The notes under the pieces were generated by a model. The model worked only from the letters and a program-made list of their open reading frames with translations. It did not search any database and had not been told where the DNA came from. A DNA stretch of 64,000 nucleotides from Octopus bimaculoides (taxonomy: Eukaryota): assembly GCF_001194135.2 (NCBI RefSeq), contig NC_068983.1, positions 145,528,509 through 145,592,508 of the forward strand, read 5' to 3'. Position 1 is the first letter of the stretch. Every line of letters begins with the position of its first letter. Positions 36,737 to 50,341 of this stretch are shown one piece after another. Position numbers and translations under genes: made by a program.

Positions 36737-37658
36737 TGATACTCTTCATATTTGCAGCAGGAAAAAAGGAAAGAAGATACAGCACTTCCTTGGGGCAGAC
36801 GTTAGAGTGTGTTTGTTGATTTTATGTCAATTAGTCGAATAGCCCTTCATAGAGTGTAGTCTAGTATATATATGCGAAACAGTACCGTCCCAATTTGAAT
36901 CCTGCTTACGTTGAATTTGCATTTCCTCCATCCAGGATTCATAAAAGTAAATACTAATCAAGTACTGGGACCTGGTTATAGACCATATCCATTTAACAAA
37001 AATGTATAACTTTGTGCCTTATGTTAGAAACAAGATTCGACGAGGGGACGGGGTTGGCTTCTCCGTTGCTTTTCAGGTGGATTAACTGAAGACGAAAAAC
37101 CAAAATGCTCCCCAACTAAACTCCTCCTTTCTCGTCGTTAACCACAATAAAGATAATAATACTAGACTTCCATTGATCCGCTCGAACACAACTGACTGGA
37201 GTTACTCAACATCTTCACGAATAATCATGATCTTACGATTAGCAATTAAAAAAAGACATTTTTGTTTAAAATCCCATATAATCGAATACTTAATGTTCAG
37301 AAAAGAATCTAAACTAAAAAACAAAATATGAATTATAAATAATCAAAATATTATAAATATTGTGATTTTTTTTCCAATGAATATACTTACAGTTCTGAGT
37401 TAAAGAATGAGTAATAAAATAACATTTACGACAATAACAACGCTGTTTGTATAACACACACATACACACACACACAGAGACACACACACGTACATACATA
37501 AATGTATGTATATATGAATATATGCTGTATGAACAACATTCGTGTGTGCGTATAAGGGGTGTGCAGACCGCAGAGGATGTTCGAAAGTATTTTACGTTTA
37601 AGGTAGGGAAGACAGTCAAAATACAGAATCCGCCACTGATCTACCGTGTGTAATTTAC

Positions 37659-37691
<33 letters not shown>

Positions 37692-38656
37692 TGTGCGCGT
37701 GCGTGCGCGTGTGTGTGATTGAGGCAGCTTTATTATGTCAAGAAAACGTAACTGACGCCCATGCGAGTAAGCACGTCAATTTAAAATATATGTTGATTCT
37801 CATCGTCATGGAAACTAAAATTTATTGCTTTCTCATTGGTCAACTCATATTCTATTTAACCGCATGGGTTCAAAATCCCATATTTTACTGGCGAATGTTG
37901 TTTCTTTTATTCTTTATTCATCGAAGAAAAAAAGGAGGAAATAAATATAACTTTAAAAATGTTTTATATATCAGTAAAATAATGTTAGTATGTTCTGTGT
38001 GGGTAAAACTAAAGCTACAATGTTATGTTCAGCTTATCCATTATTTGTGTGACTCAGTCAGCTCGGGTGGTGAATATTAGTGGTATAGATTGATATGTAG
38101 ATGAAGATGAAAGCATTGCCTCAAAACCTTTAGTGACTGGTTGGATTACACCACTCATAGATGTATCGAAAGCACGTTCACCTTGTTAACTTCATCCATC
38201 CCTCTCTGGGTTATTTACAAAAAAGAAAAGAAAACGAAAATAGAGTGAAAAGCTTCAAACTGGGAATCGAACTCGTATTGCAGAATCGCTTACGGTGACC
38301 TTAACTTTATGGTGCTAGCTCACGAACAATTAGTTGAATCTTAATTACAGGAACATTTTTGTTTCAACAGATTCCTGACCCTGGATGTTATCATTTGTAA
38401 CAGACATAGCAGGTTAGTTGTGATGGAGTTTATCTCGTCTTTCACTCACATTAAAGTAGTTTGAAGACAGCTCGCCTTTCAAAGAAAGGAAGGTCAACCT
38501 ACATGTAATAACGCAGACGCTTGAATTCAGCCAACCTAGCCCGACATTGTACTAAATATTCTTTTGGGCATCCTTTTCTTTTTCTTTCTTTCAGTTTTAT
38601 CTCTTCTGTCTTCTGTCTGTGGTTGCTCGACCTGTTGGCAATGGTCCTAGATCTGT

Positions 38657-38975
38657 GAAGGCGTATGACCAAGTAAGAATATTCGGCTCACAATCGTAAG
38701 GTCATGAGTTCGATTCACAGCGGCGCATTGTGTCTTTGAACAAGACACTTTATTTCACGTTGCTCCAGTCCACTCAGCTAGCAAAAATGAGTTGTACCTC
38801 TATTTCAAAGGGCCAGCCTTGTCATATTCTGTTTAACTCAGAATTTCTCAGAGAACTACGTTAAGGGTACACGTGTCTGCGGAGTGTTCAGCCACTTGCA
38901 CGTTAATTTCACGAACAGGTTGTTCCGTTAATCGGATCATTTGGAACACTAATCGTCATAACCGATGGAGTGCTA
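38657..38975 (+). mobile_element. SINE family C-related copy
   Basis: tRNA-like head (gagttcgatt) plus the shared tail gagaactacgttaagggtacacgtgtctgcggagtgttcagccacttgcacgttaatttcacg. Confidence 0.8.
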
Positions 38976-41459
38976 GTCTTAGATCACATTGTATCGTCTT
39001 TGAAGGGAAGAGTCCTAGATATGCAAAAATACAGGATGATCAGAGCTGGACTGTATTACGTATCTCACCACGGGTGTAGCGAGACTCGAAACTGAATCGT
39101 CGAATTACGAGTTAAAGTCATGATATAACAACGGCTTGTTCACATATGACAGGCCGAGTTATTGGCCAATCAGTAGCCATACTTTACGTGATAGATGAAT
39201 CTCGATTCTAATGGAGCTATTCCTTACAAGGGTCATATAAAGGCTAGTTTTAGCACCAATTTTCAGTGTTAATCCGAAAGCTTGCTATAAACACTCTCTC
39301 GCCTTTGTAATAGACGTTTTCATGACTGTCAGTTCGGATTGGATATGACGATTTAGCTGGCCGAAATTAATCTACTGTGTATATTTTCTCCTGTCTTGGC
39401 AGGGGAAAACTAATTATGAATGCTACAGAATTATTCCTTCGATTATGTTAAAATTTTATAATTCATGCGGTTGCTTGATGGCATTGTATCATTGACGCGC
39501 AGCTTCGTGTGCATATAACCAACCTGCCATACAGCGTTCGTAATTTAAATCTCTATTGAATCAGCATTATCTTTTAACTCCGATCATAGACTAGTTGACA
39601 ATCCGATATACTATGGCTTTTTACACATGCATAGAGAGATTTTAACACATTTATAGCTTTCGAGTCGTGACCGCCCGCCATTCTTTTTAAAGAATCAGAA
39701 TTTTTTTTTTTAATTAGTATCAACCAAAGTGTTTAGTTCATGACCATCCTGTCTTTTTTAAAGAATTTTCAATCGTGTTATTATCTCTCCAAAGTATGCC
39801 TCTTACAAAATATTCAACAATCATACTACCAGAGAATGTAATTTTGTCACGGGTTGACATTCATCCTCACTAAAGATGGACAGAGAAGATCAACGGGATT
39901 GTAACAATCTTGACGCTAACCGTAAACTCAAACCTAACCCAAAACACTAATCCTGATGCCAATACTTACCTTTAACCTTAATCCTAACTGAACCATTAAA
40001 CATCATAAATTATATTAAATTTTATTGTGCTTCATTGCATGAGTGTTTTTGAAAAATTTCTGTTTTGGAGCGTGAAGTCTGGAATTGCTAAAGTACTTGT
40101 AGCATACTGAACCAGTTCAATTGATCATATCACTACAAAAACCAGTATTATATCTTGTCAACATGAAATCAATAATATCTTGCTCACACTGTCATAAATT
40201 CTACAGCTAAGCAAACTGCACTATTAAAAGTTATTCTATTATATTATCATGGCGGCAAATAGGCCAAGTTCTTAAGAGTGTCAGATAAAATGATCTGCAG
40301 CATTCGTTCTGGCTCCCTGCACTCTGACTTCAAATACTGCCGAGTTCAACTTTGCCTTTTATCCTTTCAGAATCAATAAATAAGGGATATTCGTTTGTTT
40401 TATGGATAGCAAGTGTTAAAATTTTGCCATCTGATTTCCTGACACATGACGTCATTCTCGGCCGTTTACGGAAATTTTTTTTATTATTCAATTTTCATAT
40501 ATTTGTTTGTTCGGTAATGTCCTTCAAGTGCTGGAGATAGCCGAATACTCACTCACACATACAATCTTCGTATTTTTTCTTACGATTTATTTCTATTTCA
40601 ATAAACTGCTAAGAATGACGTAGTATATTGGGAAATCAGTTGGCACAAACTTTACCTTTGCCATACTTAAAACGAAAGCATGCATAGATAGACACCTATA
40701 CAAGTGTGTTCCCCATCGCTGACTTTGTTTCCTCATAATTTTCAGAAAATGGATATTTTTTAACGAAATTTTCTACAAATACGTTTCAGATCGTATAGAT
40801 TCTGATTATTACAGAATTTGTTGTGAAACATTTTTCATGGGAAGAGGGGAGAGGAGTTTCAGATAATTCACGTGAGTCGGTTTTGTGTTCTCATAAGTGT
40901 CAGGAAAATAAGGTTGTTCTCCCCTCCCCCTCCCCGAAATTCTCTACACATTCAGATATCTTTCAGATGATGTAGATTACGATTATATCGGAATTTGACA
41001 TGGAAAAAATGTAGACTCGCATATATGCATACTGACATACATCACACGTATCTACAAAATGAAACTGGAAATTTTGAAATTTGTATTTATGTGTTCGTGA
41101 CCATTAATTTTTTTTTTTCACATGGTGGTGACGACGACTTTAATATTGTTGAATTATGCTAAAAATACCGACATAAAAAATAGCATACAGAACATCAATG
41201 ATTAAGATGCCAATATATTAGTTCAATGTGGCTGCAATTATTTTATTGTAAAATTGCCCAGTTTAACACCCACCACCATCACACCTATATATTGTGTGCC
41301 TTTATAGGCGTAACAAGCCACCCAGTTTCAATTTATTGATATTTATCCCATGTTAGTAACCTTTAATTCTAGTTCCTGAAACCTAACCACCACAGGCTGA
41401 AATAAATTAAATTATAGAATACTTAATATAAGAGATGATTACTAATTTTTACATTAAAG

Positions 41460-42270
41460 TAATGAAAGGAAAAGAGGCTGTTTGAAACTGGTGAAATTAT
41501 TGCACTTGATGTTCTTTTTAAAAGCCAACAGGAAGTACGAGGGTATGGAGGGAGTTCAGGAGATTACCCAAACTGTTGAAAGCCATGACTGGAAAATGAA
41601 ACACAGTACAGATATTTGAAGAGAAGTGATACGTTGTAAACAAGTAGGCCTGGATGGATTAACGTATACAGATAGACAGATCACAGAGAAAATAAAGTGC
41701 CTGTCTTTGAGCTTGGGGTTGAAGCCTATCTATTTATTGAATTGTTACCATTCTGGGCATGGTCTGTAAGTAGCATCATCTGAGAAGTGCTTCAATATTG
41801 GATAGGCTGTATTGAAGTGGGGAAGGTTGGAGAAGGGGTTAGCAAATGGTTAGGGATAAAGTATTGAAGTATTCCAGTGTTCCCTTTATAGAAGACTCAT
41901 GGTCTTTATAATTGACTTCATTAGCCAAGTACAATGGTTTATTGCATGATATGGCCATGAGTTTCAGATCAATGTCAATGTTCACTAGATTTAGATTAAA
42001 AGTGAATCATTCTCAATGGAAACTCCTTTCTATGAAGATTGCCAGAGTCATAGGAAAAAACAATTTTAGGATTGAATGTAATGAATGCAGCAAATAGATC
42101 CAGTAGTTAGAAAATTGAATAGTAAGACATATTGAAAAGAACAGCATGTTATTATGACTGTGAAGGTAAAGAGGAAGGCTCTGGGACAGAAAGGACTCCA
42201 TACCTATTAGATATTTGTCAAGGATGGTAACTACTTTTGTATCAACCATCTCCCCTCCCATCCTGTTATT
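41460..42270 (-). mobile_element. Old, heavily decayed CR1/L2-group LINE 3' fragment
   Basis: Residual motifs IDIDLKL, IQxIDRLQ and GNLLNSLHTLVLP (compare LDRIQ and LWNSLPxxVFP) amid many stops. Confidence 0.4.
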
Positions 42271-42296
42271 TTACTTCTAGAAAAAGATAAATTTAA

Positions 42297-42506
42297 CCCT
42301 CTCATTACCAAGCCAGCTGAAACCGGCTCTGGCTCTGTAGTTCAAATGTCATGTTTTCATAAGTTTTGAATTAAAATCTTTCACCAAACCTTAGTCACAA
42401 TTAATGTTCCTAATGATAACTAAGTTATTTTACTAAATTCTTTGTTATATTCTAAATAATTGAGAGAAAAACAGAGCATCTCAAAATAAATACAATAACG
42501 AAAGGG
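42297..42506. mobile_element. piggyBac-type MITE (210 bp)
   Basis: TTAA at 42293-96 and 42507-10; termini ccctctcattac / ataacgaaaggg. Confidence 0.75.
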
Positions 42507-43702
42507 TTAAGGAACACAAAATCATCATCATCATCATCCCCACTTGGTTGAGCTTGTTGAGGGAGGTTTTCAGGGAAGCATCCAATATCTCTGGTGAGTG
42601 GATCTAAACACATTGAACTTTAAGTGATGATCATGCTGATAATGATATATATTATGGGCTTCTTCTAGTTTCTGTCAACCAAACCCATTCACAAGGCTTT
42701 GGTCATAACAGAAGACACTTGTCCAAGGTGCCACACAGTTTAGAAACCTACTTCCTTCATGGCTATAAAAGAAGCTTCTTAACCTCACAGCCATATTTTA
42801 ATATCTTCAAACAATATTGAATCTGTCTTCTAGCCTGTGTTGTCTGCACAAGAATTTTTTTTCTTAATTCATATTCTGGCCCAAACATTGTTCAAATTAT
42901 TACTCAACAAGATTCTTTAACAGTGGTTTCTGCAATGGTATGTGGTTCCTTGTTTTTGGCTATTATCTGAACAACCAAGTAACTTGCCTCTTCAGCATTA
43001 TCTGATATTTCCATTTTCTTGGCAAATAATGCATCTTGCTTCTATTTTGATTTTAAAAGCTTCTTAAAGTTTTTTTCTTTTTCTTTTTTTACTTTCCCAA
43101 TGAAAAATTATGCTTGACAGGTGATTCATTATATTCAGACTACATTTTTATTTACAAGGCCATTGCTACAAACCTAACACTTAGGACAAGGATTTCTTTT
43201 GTCACCAGAAAATGTAAAACTCAGTTTCTAACGACCTTCTTTGAATAAGCATGGCTTATAATTTTATGTATGCATTTCTTATCTACCGATGTGGAACCTT
43301 CAACACTGGGTTTTGGACTGATTTCATCTTTCGTTACTACAGAACATAGATTTTTCACAATTATTTTCAGAAGCTTTTCTTTTCTTCTCTACAAACTTAT
43401 CCATCTTACCCAGGCGCTATATTTCAATGCTCAGACCATAATTCAAAAGCAAGAAATGAGAGAGGACTTCCTAAAATAAAGCAAATTTATGGTTAGTCAA
43501 GAAAATGGTCTCTACATACAACAGAGTTTCACACCCAAAACTACTACTACTACTACTGCAACTACTGCTGCTGCTGCTACTACTACCACTGCTGCTGCTA
43601 CTACTTCTTCAATCTCACTAAAACTGACCCAGTCACTCCTCCACAAATTTAATCTAACTTATTTAACTGATACCTACATAACTCAGCTCCCTTCATATAA
43701 AG

Positions 43703-44011
43703 CAGTGGTCCTCAACTGGGGTCCGTATAGCCTTTGGGGATCAATATAAGATTTCGTTGTTAAAGTTTATGCTCAGTAAATTGGTTACACATCAGCAATT
43801 CACAAAATATTTTAGCAATTTTTTTCTATACAACTCTTAATAATATTTAGTAATAAAAATCTAATAAGATTTTTTTTTTTTACATGGTGGTGCTCCAGCA
43901 TGGCCACAGTCAAATGACTGAAACAAGTAAAAGAGTAAATGGGGGGGGGGGCAAAAGAGTAAAATAGGAATCAAAGGGGTCCATAGGCAAGAAATGGTTG
44001 AAAAACCACTG
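43703..44011. mobile_element. hAT-type MITE containing a SINE B tail fragment
   Basis: Perfect 8-bp TSD atataaag (43695-43702 and 44012-44019); TIRs cagtggtcctcaac / gttgaaaaaccactg. Confidence 0.85.
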
Positions 44012-44669
44012 ATATAAAGTATCAGGTTGTCTCACATGTATCTTAAATGGGTCTCTTATGAGTCAACTATAAATGGATTTTTAATGAGTTTCTATGTATA
44101 TGCTTGTGTTTACTCTTAACTCATTTTCTTTCTAGACAATACTATTATTCAAAATTACTACCCACAGCTCTTATGACAATGTTGACAACTGAACAATACC
44201 GAGTGGTTTTCTTGTATGAATACAAGTTGGATCACTCTGCCACCAAAGCTCTACGAAACATCAAGCGGGCTTTTGGTAATGATTCTGTTGACATTAGAAC
44301 TGTTCAGAGATGGTTCCAAAGATTTCGTTCAGGAAATTAAAATAAAAATGAACCAAGAGGGAGACCAAAATCAGTTATTCGGCATGATGAATTGAATGCT
44401 TTGGTTAAGTGAAATCCGAGAACAACAGTTTGAAAAATCGGATCAGAGCTCCAGACATCTCCTGCAACTGCTTCTTGACACTTGAAGAAAATTGGAAAAG
44501 TCAAAAAGATGGGTAGGTTTGTTCCTTATCAACATAATGAGATTCAAAGAAGCAGATGCCTTACAGTGTGTTCCATGTTGATTTCTCGGTTGGAAAGAGA
44601 ACCATTTTTGTATCAACTCATTGAATCTCATTATGTTGATAAGGAACAAACCTACCGTCGTAGAAAGTT

Positions 44670-44961
44670 AAAGAAGTGATTTTAAATTCTCAAACGCAAA
44701 ATAATGCTAATAATATAGCCTGAACAGGATTAACGATCCCTATTTTGCAGAAAAAAGTGTGGGCAGCCAGCCATGAGACACGAACTTACACCTCCGTGAT
44801 TACATGTCGCGGTGCTCTCAATCATTTGAGTTAAACTGCCCAGCCACAAGTTTTTCTGCAAGGCTAACCGCCCACACTTTTTTCTGCAAAATAGTAGTTT
44901 ATCCTGTTCAGGCTACATTATTAGCATTATCCTGCATTTGAGAATTTAAAATCACTTCTTT
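44670..44961. mobile_element. Foldback MITE (~290 bp, ~92-bp arms) nested in the mariner
   Basis: 44670-44764 is the reverse complement of 44870-44961 with few differences. Confidence 0.85.
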
Positions 44962-45120
44962 GATTATTACATATTTAAACACTTCAGCCTTGTTATACAC
45001 AATAAAACATTCTTAAATAAAGAAGAGGTAATTGAAGCATTTGAACACTTTATCAGTGTAAAAGATGACAAATCCTTAGAGGAATGTTGGATGCAGGTCA
45101 TAAATGAACAAGGATCATAT

Positions 45121-45552
45121 ACTCTTTTACTCTTTTACTTGTTTCAGTCTTTTGACTGTGGCCATGCTGGAGCACCGCCTTTTAGTCGAGCAAATCGACC
45201 CCAGGACTTATTCTTTAGAAGCCTAGTACTTATTCTATCGATCTCTTTTGCCGAACCGCTAAGTTACGGGGACATAAACACACCAGCATCGGTTGTCAAG
45301 CGATGTTGGGGGAACAAACACACACATACAAACATACACACACATACAAACATACACACACACATATATATATATATATACATATATACGACGGGCTTCT
45401 TTTAGTTTCCGTCTACCAAATCCACTCACAAGGCTTTGGTCGGCCCAAGGCTATAGTAGAAGACACTTGCCCAAGATGCCACGCAGTGGGACTGAACCCG
45501 GGACCATGTGGTTGGTAAGCTAGCTACTTACCACACAGCCACTCCTACGCCT
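45121..45552 (-). mobile_element. SINE family B, full length, nested in the mariner
   Basis: Complete head, microsatellite and tail; interrupts the mariner terminal codons GSY...D*. Confidence 0.9.
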
Positions 45553-46149
45553 TGATTAAATAAATAAATATTCTAAAACTTAAAAAACAATTTTAATGTT
45601 TCCTTTTTCAAATGCGACATTTCATGTGAGACAACCAAATATCTGATCATAAATTTGCTGTGTTTTCTGTAACAGACTTTTTAAAGTGGAAACATACAGT
45701 CAAGAAAAAAAATATTTAAGTCTATTTGTGAATATTTAACAGTGTCTAAACGATAATCGGCAAAAACTCGGCGAACACAAACTCACATGACTTCTGACAA
45801 GAAGGCAACAATGTATCAATGAAAATACAAACAACTTGTAAAATGTTAATTTTATCATAATAATTTTTGTGCAAAGAGTAAGAAAAAATATTGTAGAAAA
45901 TTCTGATAAGAACATTCTGTGAGTAAACTATACAGAACTGGAGATAGGTCTTAGAAATTTGTTACTAAAGCTTACATTTGTCCTCTTTTTTTTGCCACTC
46001 TTTTCTTACTTGCAGTTTTAACACCCCCATTTTGTCATCTATTGATGTCCATCACAAAGGCATTTTTATGACAACAAATTAATAATGAAATTTAATTTAT
46101 TATATTTTAGAAATCTTTTAACACACCTTAAAATAATGAATAATAATAA

Positions 46150-46560
46150 TAATAACGATTTACAAAGAGATTAAGTCAACAATATGCTTCCCAATAGTGG
46201 GGAGTTCCACCATAAGATGACGAAAGAGACCTCCCGCACTTTGAACTCCTTAACACCAATGGTTCCTCAGGAAGGCACCCTCTCTTTTCCCTTCCATCCG
46301 GCCTACAGGCACACACTTAGAGTAGGCCCATTCACGCGGGAAATTCTTGCCACATTCACCCACCTTTCAACGCACTTTCCTTTTCAGGTGAAACTTGAAA
46401 ATGTCAATAAGGCCTTGACCAAAGGGGAAGGTACCCATCTTCAACCCTTTCAATCACTTCCACCACACAACCTCTTTTGCCATAGCCACCAGACAGAAAA
46501 ATTGCCCTCTGTTCTTGGTTAAAGAAAGGAGGTGGAGCAATCTTCACAATGGACTCAGAT
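46150..46560 (-). mobile_element. L1/Tx1-type LINE ORF2 C-terminal fragment
   Basis: Minus frame LCLVAMAKEVVWWK*LKGLKMGTFPFGQGLIDIFKFHLKRKVR resembles the end of Tx1-type ORF2 as I recall it. Confidence 0.45.
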
Positions 46561-46699
46561 GATAGCCAAATCAATAATAATCCTTTCTACTATAGGCACA
46601 AGGCCTGAAATTTGGGAGGAGGGGGCTAGTCGATTAGATCGACCCCAGTACACAACTGGTACTTAATTTATCAACTCCAAAAGGATTATAGGCAAACAC

Positions 46700-47216
46700 A
46701 GTACCAGGCAATGGCTCTCATGGCTTCTGATCTTAACTAATTGGAAGTGTACATGTTTTGTTTTGGTGTAAAGATGGGTTACAGCAAATATTCTGCCCAA
46801 TACCACAGATCTGCTTGTCAGTTGCATGACCTTAACCAGTTGAGCATGTCCCTTGGTGGCTGTCGATATGTGCTTCTCTGATCATGAGCAGAAGTAGGGG
46901 GGAGCATCATAGCTATGTGTTGAGAGGAATCCTTTGGGTTTGAATAATTCACCTCTGGAAACATGGGTGTTTTGTTCATCATCCTTAAACAAACCTTTTG
47001 AGTAGGATGAGCTACTCAACCTGAAGAAAATTCTAACTGGGCCCCACCTGCAAGGTCATGCACAGTTTTTCTTGATATAAGATCAACATGTCGTGCACAT
47101 ATGGTTGTAATGCATATGCCTGGTGTACTATTATCAGTCTGGTAATCTTGATGGGTATGAGAGTCATATATTTGTACCCCAGTGTCACTTTAATGGCATG
47201 TGCTACTGTCTCACTC

Positions 47217-47248
<32 letters not shown>

Positions 47249-47250
47249 TA
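46700..47250 (+). mobile_element. Retroposon 3' segment ending in an (AAT)n tail
   Basis: Ends ...gtgtcactttaatggcatgtgctactgtctcactcaataataataat; no coding signal seen. Confidence 0.45.
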
Positions 47251-47583
47251 ATAATCATCATCATCATTGTTTAACGTCCACCTTCCATGCTAGCATGAGT
47301 TGGACAATTTGACTGAGGACTACTATGTCGGGGTTTCCCTTGATGGCTACTGTATACATACACTTGTGTCACAAACACATACATATGTATGTATGTATGC
47401 ATGTATGTGTGGTGCTATTTTGCAAATTATGTATTTAAAATGGCCGACAATAAAATAAAACTGAAAACGATTTTTCTCCAATAAAATAACTTTAGATGAG
47501 TATAAAATAATGATTTATTGAGTTTAGATACTTGGATTTTCGCCAAAATCCTAATGATCCAAATGATTTATTTATATTTCATT

Positions 47584-47829
47584 TTATTTTTTAGTAAAAT
47601 CCAGAAATCGAAAGAAAATCATTTTTTTTTTGCCATGATTGACAAAACCCATCGCCTGATTACAACACATCGCTGAATCGCAATTTAATCCGATGAATGC
47701 AAGTAACTCAATTGTACAATCAATATCATGAGTTATCTGGTGAACATCTCGTAGAAAATAATTGGTTTGAGTCAGATCTTCCTTATTAACAATCTCTGCT
47801 ACGATACTTACACTTCCGAAATTACACAA
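47584..47829 (-). mobile_element. Possible Merlin/ISXO2-like transposase N-terminal remnant
   Basis: ITHDIDCTIELLAFIGLNCDSAMCCNQAMGFV resembles the LxxxGLI...CxxxM N-terminus of ISXO2-type transposases; weak. Confidence 0.3.
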
Positions 47830-49098
47830 TCAGCCATTTCTTCATTACGTAAACAATTCAGGAAAAAAAATATTAATAATTAAGTTCTATTTTTATTGAC
47901 GATGTAAATTTTCTAATATATTTGTTCTTTATTTCTAACCTTTTAACAAAAGGAAATAAAACGGAATAAAGACGAATTTGGGACAAAGCTTTCTAGTCAA
48001 CATCACCAGATAGATGGGATCTCTTCAGTTTCAATCACAGATTTAAAAAAAAATTTTCCCCCTGAATGTACGTCCATTGCCACGTAAAGTAAAAATTTGC
48101 GATTTTTTTTCAGATGACAGCTCAATAAATTTATACAATATGGATATATCTTGTAGTGTCAGAAATGTCAAGTGGAAAGTAAAATTATGAAATAAAAGTT
48201 TGTCAGTCATATATCATAGTATAAAATAAATTTACTTTATTATGCAAATAACTTGTAGATGATATGCTTTCATCTTTACATCAAAGCATTGTAGGTAAAG
48301 TACTAAATTTCATATTTGTATTTAGATTTTTAACTAGGACTTAAGGTCAACTCTGCCCAACTCACTCAGGAAATACAACCATGGAAAATCCAAGGAGTTA
48401 CCTTCTTTACTAACAAAATCCAAGAAGTTACCATCTTTACTAACAAAAGTTGATCTCAGTCAAGTTGCTTCATCTATATCCTAGGAACTCTTTCATAATT
48501 TAATAATACCTTATAGTTTCTGATAATTTTCATCATGTGTCTTGTACATCAAGAAAGAACTTAGCTCACTAATGGCTAATAAAGAATCTCCTTTGAAGCA
48601 ATACATTGCCAAGACTTCACTCATCAGTAATGTCTCAGTGATCAGATACATGTTTTCATACCTAAGAGATTCTGAGTAATGGCCATGCTAGTCATTAAAT
48701 GTCCAGGATGTTGGTAGAGTCTTTAAAGCATCAGATTGAATAGTTTCCAGTATTTGTTTGTGTTGTCTGAGCTCTGAGCTCAAATCCTATCAAGGTCAAC
48801 CTTGTCTTTCTTCTTTGGCATGTGTCAGAGAGGGTATAAATAATGCATCAATCCTGTACTGGAATCCATTTTCTTATGGCTATCTCATTTTTTCTCTTCT
48901 TTGGAAGAAACCAATGGTATTCAAACCAGGAGAGAAATGGGCTCTGCCATTCCTCTGCATCCCTAGAATATTTCAAGTTGTCTTATTACTCCTTGTCATG
49001 GATCTATGACACCAAGATAAGAAAGTGAGGCTAGTTGTCTGATGCAATCCTACCTTATTATAATCCAAGTGCAAGTTAGAACTTAAATTTCTTGGAAC

Positions 49099-49745
49099 AG
49101 ATCTTTTCTGTTTGGCTGCAATTGAATAAATTTTAAAGTTTAGTGAAAATTTTTAAATTTGGTGTATTGATATAATTTTCTACACTGAATCTCAGGAGAT
49201 AATTCACTTATTTCAGAAAATTTTTTTAAAAGAGTTACAGATGTTTAAAGTTTGATAATTTTTACCCAGTCAGAAAACAGGATTTGGATGCTGTCATTTT
49301 GTATGTGACTGCACATGTTGTCAACTGCAAACAAATGAAATATTGGCAAAATTCTGCTTTACACATGCCATATAATCTCTCATAACTTTTTTATTTTTTG
49401 GAATTTTCAGAAAAGTTTTGTAAATCTGTATTCTGCACACAGGAATTCATATGATTATGCAAAAAAACCAAATAAAAAATATTTGGTGCATGATTTAAGG
49501 CTTTATTTAGCTATTATTTTTAGCACATTTCTTGACCACTTCATAACTCATGTTTTGACCATTTAATAAGTGAAAAATGACCACATGGGTAAGCAGCTTG
49601 GTAACAACTTGGCTTGTTATTATGGAAACAGGCACCTATATGTTTGTGGCTTTTGATTGGCTAAAATTACCCAAAATTTGCAAACTTTAAAAGCTATTAA
49701 CTCTTTATTTATTGATCTATGGTGTAAATGAATTTCATGTCAATA
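49099..49745. mobile_element. Third copy of the 710-bp MITE
   Basis: Begins agatcttttctgtttggctgc; collinear with 20060-20690. Confidence 0.8.
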
Positions 49746-50130
49746 ATTACCACATAAAGAGTATCAACAACAGAAGATGTAGCTATATGGGTGATCAGAG
49801 AATTGCAACAGCTCCCATCTACATTACACCTTCCATGTTCTCTCACAAACAAGGAAATAATGGAAGTAGCTGTAAATCATTCCCAAGACATACTGAATTG
49901 ACATAATGAAAGGTCCAATATCTGTTTGTGGTTCTGAGGGATCTCTTCTATTTGACTGTCACTTTCAATTTTTGTTCCAATTGATTTCATATTTGGTGTG
50001 TTGGTATAGTAAGAGCTTTAGTGTTTAAAAGGTGGTGTCTGCTCATCTTTGAAGATAAAAGATGAACAAGATTTGCTCTTTAACAGCATTATATCCTTCC
50101 ACATTATCTCCTTACTAAGACACCAAATAA

Positions 50131-50341
50131 TGGTTTCAAATTTTGGCACAAGGCCAGCAATTCAGGGGGTGGGGCAGGCTGATTATATTATCCCAGTGCT
50201 CAACTGGTACTTATTTTATTAACTCCAAAAGGCTGAAAGACAAAGTCGACCTCAACAGAATTTGAACTTTAAATGTAAAGATGGATGAAATGTCACTAAT
50301 CATTTTGTCTTGTGTGCTAACGATTCTGCCAGCTCACTGCC
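50131..50341 (-). mobile_element. SINE family A
   Basis: Reverse complement of consensus, CpG-decayed. Confidence 0.8.

Larger units (their letters stand above)
44022..45639 (+). mobile_element. Decayed mariner transposon with nested insertions
   Basis: TA-flanked TIRs tcaggttgtctcacatg / catgtgagacaaccaaa. HTH region YRVVFLYEYKLDHSATKALRNIKRAFGNDSVDIRTVQRWFQRFRSG, GRPK, GRFVP; C-terminal EEVIEAFEHF...CWMQVINEQGSY; catalytic core missing. Confidence 0.85.

Noticed and set aside
39161-39243. attggccaat double CCAAT box and a TATA-like catataaagg
   Set aside because: No downstream exon or ORF support; such motifs are common by chance in AT-rich DNA.
48560-49060. Decayed transposase-like frames (also 50380-50900)
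   Set aside because: Could not assign a family with any confidence.
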